Below the pieces are notes generated by a model that worked only from the letters and a program-made list of their open reading frames with translations, was not told where the DNA came from and made no database searches. From an uncultured delta proteobacterium (lineage in GTDB: Bacteria; Desulfobacterota; Syntrophia; Syntrophales; UBA2185): a DNA stretch of 64,000 nt. Of this stretch, positions 53,728 to 62,663 are shown one piece after another (positions within the stretch are counted from its first letter, which is position 1; each line of letters starts with the position of its first letter). The translations under genes and the position numbers were made by a program. The stretch covers positions 128,001 through 192,000 of the forward strand of contig CAVOID010000004.1 in assembly GCA_963695875.1 (NCBI GenBank). Direction: 5' to 3'.

Positions 53728-55875
53728 TCACGATGGGTTCAGTTCTCTCATGAGCATATTGTATTCAGACCAATGGTACCTGAGATTTTCTACCAACGGA
53801 GCAAGGATATTGATGTAATCGTCGGTCCAGGGCGCACTTCCATTTAAGCCATCATCCTTTCCGAGTCTTACCCAGCCGCGGTCTACCAGAGGCTGGAGGC
53901 GTTCAGGGCTCCTTGAGAGTGCGACGCACCAGGAGGCATTCTGATAATATTTCAATTTGTCTTTTGTTACCGGTACGTTTATGGCTCCGTACAGGTTCAG
54001 CCCCACAGATGTGGATTTGATCACCGGACGCAGCTCATAGTAGCGGTTGGAGACGTGGAAAAGTATTACCCCATTTTCCGCCAGCCGGCTAAGATAGATT
54101 TCTATCGCTTCCCGTGTCAGTAAGTGGGTCGGGATACCATCACCGGTAAAGGCATCCATGTGGATGATGTCGTACTCGGTGTCATCAGTGTCTGCTTTTT
54201 GCATTGAGAGGCGGCCGTCACCGACGACAATGCGCATTTCTCCCTTACAGTCATCAAGATAGGTAAACCACCGGCGAGCAATCTTTTCATTGTCAGGATC
54301 TATTTCGTAATAGGTAATACGGTCATCCCGTCTCGCATACGCTGCTACAGCGCCTGAGCCCAGCCCTAACACTGCGATTCTGCGAGGCGCTGAGGTTGTT
54401 TCATAGACTTCAGCAATTCCTCCACCCGGGTAAAAATAAGAAATGGGCGTCTGCCGCATTCCCGGATCCAGCAGTTGTGCCCCATGCAGGGTCCGGCCGT
54501 GCAGCAGCTTCCTCAGCCCTTCAGGAAGGCCTTCTACCGATGGTTCGTCTTTAATACGGTAGGTTCCGTAAAAGTTACGGTGACGAAATTTAATCGGCTC
54601 TTTCAATGACGCCCAACTCTCCATTCCTATAAGCGTGAGAATAATGACCATGACCAGGATACGGCTGCCAGCGGCCAGAACTGAGGAGCCTGGCCGGTAG
54701 AGGGCAAAAGACCTGTCGCAGCACCACCAGAATGAAACACCGAATAGCACGACCAAAAGCGGATATTCAAACAGTCCTCTAAATATAAAAGGCGCCATAA
54801 GACTGATTACGGCACCACCTATCCATCCCCCCAATGAGATGGTGAGGTAGAAATTGGTGAGAACACCTGCGGGCGGGCGGTACTCGTAAAGAGTGCCGTG
54901 GGCAACGAGGCAGATTGTAAAAAAGACGGCTAAGTGTCCGAAGATGGAAAGCCAGTGGGAAGGTCCCCACAGATACAATGCAAATGTAAAAAGCAGGACT
55001 TCCGGCCATAGAATTCTTAAATATTTGGGGACGCCGCCATTGCTGCGGAAGGTTACGATAAAGCTGCCTAAATAAAGGGCAAGAGGAGCGACCCAGGTCA
55101 ATGGGAAAGACCCAACTTCCAGTGCTATAAAATTTGTCACAGCAAGGAGGAAAGCGGAAGGGAGACTACTTAATAACAGCCACCTCAGGTATGTCGAAGG
55201 TGTAATGGCATGCTGTTCAATTCCCCGAATGCTCTCCAAAATCAGCTTATTTCGTTCTCTATCGGGACGGAGCTGAAACCAGGCCGCCACAACAATAATC
55301 CCATAAACAATATACATTCCCATCCAGGAAATGCTCTGTATTCTTAAACCCACCAGAGGTTCTGCTATGAATGTGTACCCCAGCAATGCGATAAGAGACC
55401 CTGCGTTGGAAGCTGCGTAGAGAGGGTACGGGTCGTAGTATTCCCCGACTTTAGATCGATGCAGCCATAGTTGTGCGACTACCGCTGTCGTTGAAAGTAC
55501 AATAAAAGGCAGCGCCACATTCATAAGCAGCATGGCGAGAACGTTAAGGAGTGGCGCGTGGGGATCGGGTTCCCCATGGATATTCAATGGCAGATTGATC
55601 AGTGGAAGGGCGAGAAGGAGTAAATGCCAGCCCCCCATTTTTTTTGCAAAGAGATGGGCGTATAAATAGCCTAACAGGAGCATCGCCTGATAAAACATGA
55701 GACAGGTTAACCAGACATGGGCTGCACCGCCAAAATAAGGGGTCAGCAGCCGGCCGACAAGCGGCTCCATCCCAAAAAGGAGAAGTGCACCGGAAAAAAC
55801 CATACTTGTAAGTACCACCATGGCCAGCCTATGGTTGACGGTACCGGTTTTTGAGTAAATTTTTTTTTCCATCAA
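53728..55875 (-). CDS. Fused membrane (MFS-like) / spermidine synthase-like methyltransferase
   Basis: Many TM helices, PYPLYAASNAGS, RNFYG, HG.TLHG.Q, LGLGSG, YEIDP, GDGR, DAF, WTDD. Confidence 0.88.
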   Translation of the reverse strand: MMEKKIYSKTGTVNHRLAMVVLTSMVFSGALLLFGMEPLVGRLLTPYFGGAAHVWLTCLMFYQAMLLLGYLYAHLFAKKMGGWHLLLLALPLINLPLNIHGEPDPHAPLLNVLAMLLMNVALPFIVLSTTAVVAQLWLHRSKVGEYYDPYPLYAASNAGSLIALLGYTFIAEPLVGLRIQSISWMGMYIVYGIIVVAAWFQLRPDRERNKLILESIRGIEQHAITPSTYLRWLLLSSLPSAFLLAVTNFIALEVGSFPLTWVAPLALYLGSFIVTFRSNGGVPKYLRILWPEVLLFTFALYLWGPSHWLSIFGHLAVFFTICLVAHGTLYEYRPPAGVLTNFYLTISLGGWIGGAVISLMAPFIFRGLFEYPLLVVLFGVSFWWCCDRSFALYRPGSSVLAAGSRILVMVIILTLIGMESWASLKEPIKFRHRNFYGTYRIKDEPSVEGLPEGLRKLLHGRTLHGAQLLDPGMRQTPISYFYPGGGIAEVYETTSAPRRIAVLGLGSGAVAAYARRDDRITYYEIDPDNEKIARRWFTYLDDCKGEMRIVVGDGRLSMQKADTDDTEYDIIHMDAFTGDGIPTHLLTREAIEIYLSRLAENGVILFHVSNRYYELRPVIKSTSVGLNLYGAINVPVTKDKLKYYQNASWCVALSRSPERLQPLVDRGWVRLGKDDGLNGSAPWTDDYINILAPLVENLRYHWSEYNMLMRELNPS

Positions 55876-56052
55876 TATACTTTGAAAAATTCTCCTTAAT
55901 GATCTTTTAAAAACGGGGGAAGTATAAAGTGACCCCCTTTATTAGGAAGGGAAGATTGAGAATATTTATCGCAACCTACTACCACATAAGGCAAGGAACA
56001 GCTATAAAAATTGACATGTCGAACTTGCAACAAATCTTTTCAAAACGTCCTC

Positions 56053-57383
56053 TGTTGTCAACAAATAGAATTGTCCTATTTTGTAGCAAATGAATTGTCC
56101 ACTTTTGTGATACTATGGGAAGGGCGGTGGACTTACGCTGCCTTTCCTTTTTTTGTTTCTTTAAACTTCCCGCGTTGATCGTAAGCGGCCAATTTGCGAG
56201 GGCCATGAAAAACAGCGAGTGATCCATCCATATAGCGATGGACCCTTACCTTGACACGTACATAATGACAACGGTACTTGTCAGGGGGGATCTGCAAAGT
56301 CTTTCCCTCAAAGCTGACACAGTTATCCGAGGACACGGTACGCTCGTATTGTTCGCATAGGACGTCATCGATGTCTTTTCCTATCCATGTGACGAAGGCT
56401 GATCCTTCCTCTGCGGCTGGCTGCATGAACTCGGCATTGAATGTCGGCAGATAAGTCTTAAGCAGATAACGGTTGGCGGCATCCATCATGGTGATTCCAT
56501 AAGCGGCCAGTTCCTTGGTGAGCCGGTCCTGATGTGTGCGAAAAGCCCTTTCAATCCTCCCCCGTGCCTCCGGAGAATAGGCGGGGATCATCTCTATCCC
56601 CAAATGCCTCATGGCACGTCCAAATTGCGTCAGTTGGGTTTTACTTACCTTACCTCCCTCATCAGGCGTATACCAGTAATGACTCCCGCGGTCGGTATAA
56701 AGAGAGCTGAATAAACCATCCTTAAGAATTATCTCCTTCACCCCTCGAAAACTGCTCTCCGTTCCTTCCTCGTGGACAAAAAACATCGAATAATGCTCAT
56801 TAGTTGCATCGTCCATGGTTACAATCAGGTCCCACTTCTTCCCTGGCACCCATTCATGAGTGCTTCCATCCTGATGTAACATCATGCCTGGTATAGGAGA
56901 TCGTTCCCGTCGTTTACGATGCGCTCCCCGCTTAGGCGCCTTGGGAACCAATCCTTGCGACTGGAGGGTGCTCTTTACCCACGTGTAACTCCTTTGACCA
57001 CCATCGTGTTTATACCACCCATAAAAATGCTTTACGTTCCAACCCAGGTGCCGCCTCTTGTATCTGTCAACAAGCGCTATAACTTCATCCACGGAAGCAC
57101 GACGGGAAGATATCTGCGTCAGACGCTTATCCAACAGTCCTTCCAATCCATTCTCCTCGTAACGATTAATGTAGCGCCGAAACGTCCTGGAACATACTCC
57201 CAATAGCCTGGCTGCTTCTTCCTGGGTCAATCGACTCTCTGTCCATCCCTCATATGACTCCTCAAATCGCATCTTCCGGATCTCCTGCATCAACTCTGTC
57301 CGTCTCATCTGTCACCTCCAGGATGACTCTTAAACCGGACAGATTATGTGCTACAACTCCGGACAGTTTATTTGCTTCTAACA
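56053..57383 (-). mobile_element. IS1202-family (ISNCY) insertion sequence, 1331 bp, 17-bp target duplication
   Basis: TGT...ACA ends, imperfect IRs with repeated TGTCC motifs; CTTTTCAAAACGTCCTC at 56036-56052 and 57384-57400. Confidence 0.9.
56133..57308 (-). CDS. DDE transposase (ISNCY/IS1202 family)
   Basis: N-terminal HTH, LHQDGS.H.W, DDAT, YTDRGS, SPEARGRIER. Confidence 0.93.
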   Translation of the reverse strand: MRRTELMQEIRKMRFEESYEGWTESRLTQEEAARLLGVCSRTFRRYINRYEENGLEGLLDKRLTQISSRRASVDEVIALVDRYKRRHLGWNVKHFYGWYKHDGGQRSYTWVKSTLQSQGLVPKAPKRGAHRKRRERSPIPGMMLHQDGSTHEWVPGKKWDLIVTMDDATNEHYSMFFVHEEGTESSFRGVKEIILKDGLFSSLYTDRGSHYWYTPDEGGKVSKTQLTQFGRAMRHLGIEMIPAYSPEARGRIERAFRTHQDRLTKELAAYGITMMDAANRYLLKTYLPTFNAEFMQPAAEEGSAFVTWIGKDIDDVLCEQYERTVSSDNCVSFEGKTLQIPPDKYRCHYVRVKVRVHRYMDGSLAVFHGPRKLAAYDQRGKFKETKKGKAA

Positions 57384-57468
57384 CTTTTCAAAACGTCCTC
57401 TTGTGATAATTAGAGGTATAATGTATATTGACCGCACTTTGTTGAAAAGATTTGAGGAGGATGTATCC

Positions 57469-58836
57469 ATGGATTTTCCGTATTTGCAGAAACAGGACCC
57501 CGAAGTTTATGAACTGGTCAAGCAGGAGGAACAAAAACAACAATACAAACTGTCAATGATCCCGTCCGAAAATTTTTCTTCTCCGGCTGTCCGGGAGGCT
57601 TTGGCATCGGTATTTGTACATAAATATGCTGAGGGATACCCCCGTAAAAGATATTATGAGGGAAATCAATTTGCGGATAGTCTTGAAGAACTTTGTCAGA
57701 AGAGAGCCAGACAGGCATTTTCCCTCCCCGATGACTGGCACGTGAATGTGCAGCCACTTGCAGGGGCTAATTCAAATCTGGCCGTTTATAATGCGCTTCT
57801 GGAGCCGGGCGATACTATTTTGAGCATGTATCTTCCGGATGGCGGACACTTGTCGCATGGCTGGTCATTTCCCGAACAAGATGAACAGGGATTAGAGGGA
57901 CAGGTTGAGCAATCGATTTATTTAGGAGGTAAGAGAAAAATCAGCATTGTGTCGAAATTTTTTAAAGTGGTGCAGTACAAAGTGGAGCGTGAATCGAGAC
58001 TCTTTGATTATAAAAAGATCATGGGTATTGCAAAAGAGTACCGTCCGAAGATGATTATCTCAGGGGGTACGGCATATCCGCGGGAGATCGATTATGAGGC
58101 CCTTCACTCTATAGCGAATGAAGTAGGTGCCTACTATCTTGCCGATATCGCCCATGAGGCAGGTCTTGTAGCAGCCGGTGCCAACAAATCGCCTGTCGGG
58201 AAAGCGGACGTTATTACTTTTACAACGCATAAAACCATACGCGGACCGCGTGGTGCGGTCATCTTATGCAGGGGCGAGCTGGCCGATAAAATTGATTTTG
58301 GCGTTTTCCCCGGCTTGCAGGGAGGTCCCTTCGAGCACACAATCGCTGCTCTTGCAGTATGTTTAAAAGAGGCATGTACCCCTGCATTCAAAGAATATGC
58401 TTTTCAGGTAGTCAAAAATGCACAGAGATTGGCTCAAAGATTCATTGAAAAAGGTTTTGACGTCGTATCAGGTGGAACTGATAAACATCTCGTACTGATT
58501 GACATGAGAAGTAAGAATCTTTCTGGACGTAATCCTGCCAAGGCCCTCGACCAGGCAGGTATCATTCTGAATCGCAATTCTGTTCCCAATGAAACCGGAT
58601 CACCGATGAATCCATCAGGATTGCGCATGGGTACACCAACTATCACAACCCGCGGCATGAAAGAAGGGGAGATGGATCAGATTGCTGAATGGATTGACCG
58701 TGTTATTAAAATCGTTGGACCTTACTGTGAGTTAAAACCGGCTGAATTTGAGCAGAAGATCAAAATCATGCCTGAGCTGGATAGGATAGCGGCAGAGGTG
58801 AAATCTCTTTGCCAGAAATACCCGCTGACTATCTGA
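57469..58836 (+). CDS. glyA: Serine hydroxymethyltransferase, atypical form
   Basis: MIPSEN, KYAEGYP.KRYY, GGHLSHG, TTHKTIRGPRG, FPGLQGGP, SGLRMGT. Confidence 0.95.
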   Translation: MDFPYLQKQDPEVYELVKQEEQKQQYKLSMIPSENFSSPAVREALASVFVHKYAEGYPRKRYYEGNQFADSLEELCQKRARQAFSLPDDWHVNVQPLAGANSNLAVYNALLEPGDTILSMYLPDGGHLSHGWSFPEQDEQGLEGQVEQSIYLGGKRKISIVSKFFKVVQYKVERESRLFDYKKIMGIAKEYRPKMIISGGTAYPREIDYEALHSIANEVGAYYLADIAHEAGLVAAGANKSPVGKADVITFTTHKTIRGPRGAVILCRGELADKIDFGVFPGLQGGPFEHTIAALAVCLKEACTPAFKEYAFQVVKNAQRLAQRFIEKGFDVVSGGTDKHLVLIDMRSKNLSGRNPAKALDQAGIILNRNSVPNETGSPMNPSGLRMGTPTITTRGMKEGEMDQIAEWIDRVIKIVGPYCELKPAEFEQKIKIMPELDRIAAEVKSLCQKYPLTI

Positions 58837-58968
58837 ATGGATAGTACTTGCTCCAGATTTTTTACGGGGAGTCAACAGGTACACATAGCAATATATGCTG
58901 CTGAACACATTCTCAGAGCATTTTAGCAAAAATATCAGGAATAGAGCACTAAATACAAAAGCAGTTTT

Positions 58969-59244
58969 TCACTCCCGACTGTGTACAAGCAGACCCATCA
59001 TAGCAAGCAGCATGACGGCTAAACCGAACCCTATATACGGAAAAGTGACGCTATCGAGCTTTAATACTCCCTTTTCTGTAAAGATGATCGTGTTTGAGAA
59101 GTAGCTCCAGTAAATAAAGAAACAGTAGTTTAGAAACAGAGCTATTCTCGGGTAGCCGAAAACCAATGCGAGCGTGGTCAAGGATACAAGCATAAGTATT
59201 TGAGAAAGTGATACCGTTACTTGTGTTGAAAATATTGTTTCCAT
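58969..59244 (-). CDS. Small membrane hypothetical protein
   Basis: Three hydrophobic segments; RBS GGAGGG. Confidence 0.65.
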   Translation of the reverse strand: METIFSTQVTVSLSQILMLVSLTTLALVFGYPRIALFLNYCFFIYWSYFSNTIIFTEKGVLKLDSVTFPYIGFGLAVMLLAMMGLLVHSRE

Positions 59245-59349
59245 TTTTCTTCCCTCCCTTGTTTATAATATTTGTCTTTGCCTGATAAGCCCGTCCAAAA
59301 TTTTTGTTTGGGCTTTGGCTGTAATCTACTTCAGAACAAAATAGCAGGC

Positions 59350-59365
59350 TGTGACGGGGATCACA
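59350..59365. promoter_or_regulatory. CRP/FNR-family type site TGTGA-N6-TCACA
   Basis: Perfect consensus palindrome. Confidence 0.55.
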
Positions 59366-59639
59366 AAATATCGATTTTTTATATAGAGGCAGGGTTTAGT
59401 GAACTTGTAACGGATTAAAATTAAATGAACTTTTTACAAGGCTGTTATGAGTTATGATTCCGGAATTCCCATTTTGCATTCTTAAGCATGAGAGATTCGG
59501 GCTTTAAGTCCATTTTATATTTCTTTTGATTTGAATTGTAATACGTTGTCGAATTTGTTCATATCAAGTTGTATAAGATTACAAGATGTAAGGGTATGTG
59601 GTTGATTGCTATCAGCAATAACACATGGTAGGAATTTTC

Positions 59640-59969
59640 TTAATACCTTCTATCGCGGCCACTTCTGAATCCACCGCCGGAGTTGGACTGATGTGACCTT
59701 GGCCCCCCCCTATCCCTATCCTTTTTGGGTCTGGCCTCACTTACAACAATCGTGTTTCCGTCAAGCTGGCCCCCATGGAATTTTTGAATAGCTTCCTTCG
59801 CTTCCGCCTCAGAATCCATCTCAACGAAGCCAAATCCTTTGGATAGTCCGGATAGCCTGTCTTTTATTATATTTACTGATAGAACTTTACCCGCTCCGGA
59901 AAAGTTTGCCCGCAAGTCATCTTCTGTCACTTTGCTTGACAGATTCCCGATGTATAGTTTCTTGTTCAT
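59640..59969 (-). CDS. RRM RNA-binding protein with Gly/Arg-rich tail
   Basis: LYIGNL (RNP2), KGFGFVEM (RNP1), VSEARP. Confidence 0.93.
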   Translation of the reverse strand: MNKKLYIGNLSSKVTEDDLRANFSGAGKVLSVNIIKDRLSGLSKGFGFVEMDSEAEAKEAIQKFHGGQLDGNTIVVSEARPKKDRDRGGPRSHQSNSGGGFRSGRDRRY

Positions 59970-60000
59970 GCTTATCTCCTTTTAAGGTATCTGCAAATGT

Positions 60001-60047
60001 AAAGAGGCACCCCCGCTCAGGTGTTTACAGGAGTGCCTCTTTTTTTG
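60001..60047. terminator. Hairpin downstream of the csp gene
   Basis: AAAGAGGCAC...GTGCCTCTTT arms. Confidence 0.55.
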
Positions 60048-60058
60048 GAAATAATTGC

Positions 60059-60259
60059 TTATGCGGTCCTCACATTAACCGCGGACGGACCTTTTGGACT
60101 TTGCTGGACATCAAATTTGACGCGCTGGCCCTCAGATAACGTCTTAAAACCGGCGTCTTGTATAGCGCTGAAATGAACAAATACGTCGCCACCTTCATCA
60201 TTGGCAATGAATCCGAAGCCCTTCTTCTCATTGAACCACTTAACGATTCCTTCTGACAT
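60059..60259 (-). CDS. Cold-shock protein
   Basis: [24 protein letters not shown]. Confidence 0.96.
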   Translation of the reverse strand: MSEGIVKWFNEKKGFGFIANDEGGDVFVHFSAIQDAGFKTLSEGQRVKFDVQQSPKGPSAVNVRTA

Positions 60260-60491
60260 TGTTTTATCCTCCTTTCTTAGATTTTTCAAAAGTTGGATTA
60301 CCACGATGACAGAAAGAACATTCCATCATAGCTCTGGAGAGCATGATGGTTAACCGTACACTTCAAAATGCTTATACCCAACTTTTATATTGCCCCTGAA
60401 CTGCAAAAAAAGCTTTCTAGTCGGGGACATGCATATCTATTATGACCTTCGTTTAAAGTCAAGTATTTTCTATAATATTATTTTTACTACA

Positions 60492-60758
60492 TTATGATCT
60501 TCTGTAGTCCTTCTTTTGCCTGCCTCGATCAGGGAGTGCCTCGTTGATTTTTAAAGGTCTTCCCTTGAAGTCTGAGCCATTTAGCGCTTTTTTGGCCTTT
60601 TCCGCTTCTGATTGATTTGACATCTCTACAAACCCAAATCCTCTTCCCTCAACGATATTTACGTTTCTGACATCTCCATAGCTGGAAAAAAGTTCTTGCA
60701 GTTGATCAACGGTCACGGAGAATCCGAGATTCCCGACATAAAGTTTGCTTCCTTGCAT
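60492..60758 (-). CDS. RRM RNA-binding protein
   Basis: LYVGNL, RGFGFVEM. Confidence 0.92.
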   Translation of the reverse strand: MQGSKLYVGNLGFSVTVDQLQELFSSYGDVRNVNIVEGRGFGFVEMSNQSEAEKAKKALNGSDFKGRPLKINEALPDRGRQKKDYRRS

Positions 60759-60858
60759 TCTCGTCCATCCTTTCTAATTTTTTTGTTCATTCCTTATGAC
60801 TACGGATATTATTCACTCGTCCCCGGAAAGTGCCCCAAGTAATATTTTAACCAAGTGA

Positions 60859-61287
60859 TCAGCTGATTTCCAGGAGCCTGATTTCGAAAATCAGATCCTT
60901 CCCCGCCAGTGGATGGTTGCCATCAAATGTCACACTTGTATCGGATAAATCGGTCACCTTAACCTCGATAATATAACCGTCATTTCTGCGGAATTGCAAC
61001 ACCTGGCCAATACTCGGTTGAAGATCAGCCGGGAGTTGGCCACGGTCAAAAGCCACTACCATTTCTTCAAGGTGAGGGCCATAGGCCTTATCGGAAGTGA
61101 TTCTGGAAGTTTTTGTTTCTCCTATGCTCATTCCGATGACAGCATTTTCAAAGCCCGGGATGACCTGCCCTCCGCCGATTGTAAATTCCAAAGGGTCACA
61201 ATCCAGGGAGGAATCGAAGACAGTACCGTCATCAAATGTTCCTTTGTAGTGAACCTTTACATTATTACCCATACTTGCCTGTTTCAT
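60859..61287 (-). CDS. FKBP-type peptidyl-prolyl isomerase (SlpA/short SlyD-like)
   Basis: VHYKG, FDSS, VIPGFE, AYG, DGNHPLAGKDL.F. Confidence 0.92.
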   Translation of the reverse strand: MKQASMGNNVKVHYKGTFDDGTVFDSSLDCDPLEFTIGGGQVIPGFENAVIGMSIGETKTSRITSDKAYGPHLEEMVVAFDRGQLPADLQPSIGQVLQFRRNDGYIIEVKVTDLSDTSVTFDGNHPLAGKDLIFEIRLLEIS

Positions 61288-61667
61288 TCCTTACCCCTTT
61301 CTATATCTAAAGAGATGCCCTTAGTCGGATAAGAAAAAAGATCACCCCGCTGGCGGCATTCCTTACAATGGATTTCCCCTTTTTCCCCTAAAATTAATAT
61401 AGACCATCAAATATCAGGATGCCTTGATCGCAGCTTCTCCGTGGACCTTTGTGTCCCCGGAATCTTTCCACTTTTGCTGTCCGCTGAGAATGATCAGGGG
61501 AAGGGCTATATGGACCAGGTTTCCTTGGAAAAGATGTATTCAGACAGGCTGGCCAGTAATGGATTATATTTATAAGAGCGTATGCATGCTGACATTAATA
61601 ACTTGAATGGTCAAGCTATTTATTAAGGAGCTGTCACTGAATAACTGTTAAATCCATTCATCTCCTC

Positions 61668-62576
61668 TTATGGAAGTCTGCCTTCCTGCCTGAGTCTTGA
61701 CATGATCTTATTAATCTTTGGCAATGCATCCAGAGCAGCCTTTTCTCCCTCAAGGATGGCTTCATGTCTCTTGGAAAAATCGGCAGTTCCTATATATCCT
61801 ACATTAGGTTTTATTACCACATCCGCCCTGCCGACTTGCATTTGAGACATCTTAGCATTCATGATGCTTATCGATTGCAGTAATGTCTCTATCGTGCTCT
61901 TGGGGGGCGACCCATCAATATTTGAGGATATGTCAACGGCGATGACAACATCGGCGCCGTGTCTTTTCGCTGCATCAACAGCCAGGGGGCTTACAACACC
62001 TCCATCCACATACATACCGTCTGAAATCTTCACAGGTCTGAATATACCGGGTATAGAACAGCTTGCACGTACCGCCGTTCCTGTATTGCCTGTTCCAAAG
62101 ACGATCTCATCCCCGGTTTGTATGTTTGTGGCGACAGCGAAAAAGGGAAGCCGCAGTTTTTCAATGGTAGTATCCCTCAATGCCCAGTTTATATAATTTT
62201 CCAGTTTTTCCCCCTTAACGAATCCATTGTCAGGAATCGTCAGGTCTATAAGATCTTCCCTTTGAAGAGAAAAAGACATTGTTTGAAGTTGATAGGCATC
62301 GTATCCATAGGCATAAAGACTCCCTACAAAACTGCCGACACTTGTCCCGACTATCATATGAACGGGAATATTGTGGGATTCAAGGACCTTCAAGACGCCG
62401 ACATGTGCAAATCCCTTAGATGCACCCGCCCCAAGCACAAGCGCTACCTTAGCAGGTTTGGGCGGTGGGAGAAGTGCAGGTTTGGGAACACATGCCGCAA
62501 TGACCAGGATGGAAGCAATTAAACCTGTAAACAACAGACGATAGTTTGTTTGCTTGATGAGGTTTGGATAAAGCAT
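61668..62576 (-). CDS. Patatin-like phospholipase (probable lipoprotein)
   Basis: LGAGASKGFAHVG, GTSVG, ASCSIPG, DGG. Confidence 0.92.
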   Translation of the reverse strand: MLYPNLIKQTNYRLLFTGLIASILVIAACVPKPALLPPPKPAKVALVLGAGASKGFAHVGVLKVLESHNIPVHMIVGTSVGSFVGSLYAYGYDAYQLQTMSFSLQREDLIDLTIPDNGFVKGEKLENYINWALRDTTIEKLRLPFFAVATNIQTGDEIVFGTGNTGTAVRASCSIPGIFRPVKISDGMYVDGGVVSPLAVDAAKRHGADVVIAVDISSNIDGSPPKSTIETLLQSISIMNAKMSQMQVGRADVVIKPNVGYIGTADFSKRHEAILEGEKAALDALPKINKIMSRLRQEGRLP

Positions 62577-62663
62577 ATTTTGCTGCCCCGGATGTTTTAT
62601 TAAATTTTTCTTTTCAGTTAAGCTACTATAGTGAAAGTAGCCTCATGTCCTGCGGGCATGGTT

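Noticed and set aside
61420..61510. Possible c-di-GMP-I riboswitch on the minus strand (AGCAAA...GACACAAAG)
   Set aside because: The expected stem with GNRA loop and the downstream pairing are not convincingly formed; needs an Infernal scan
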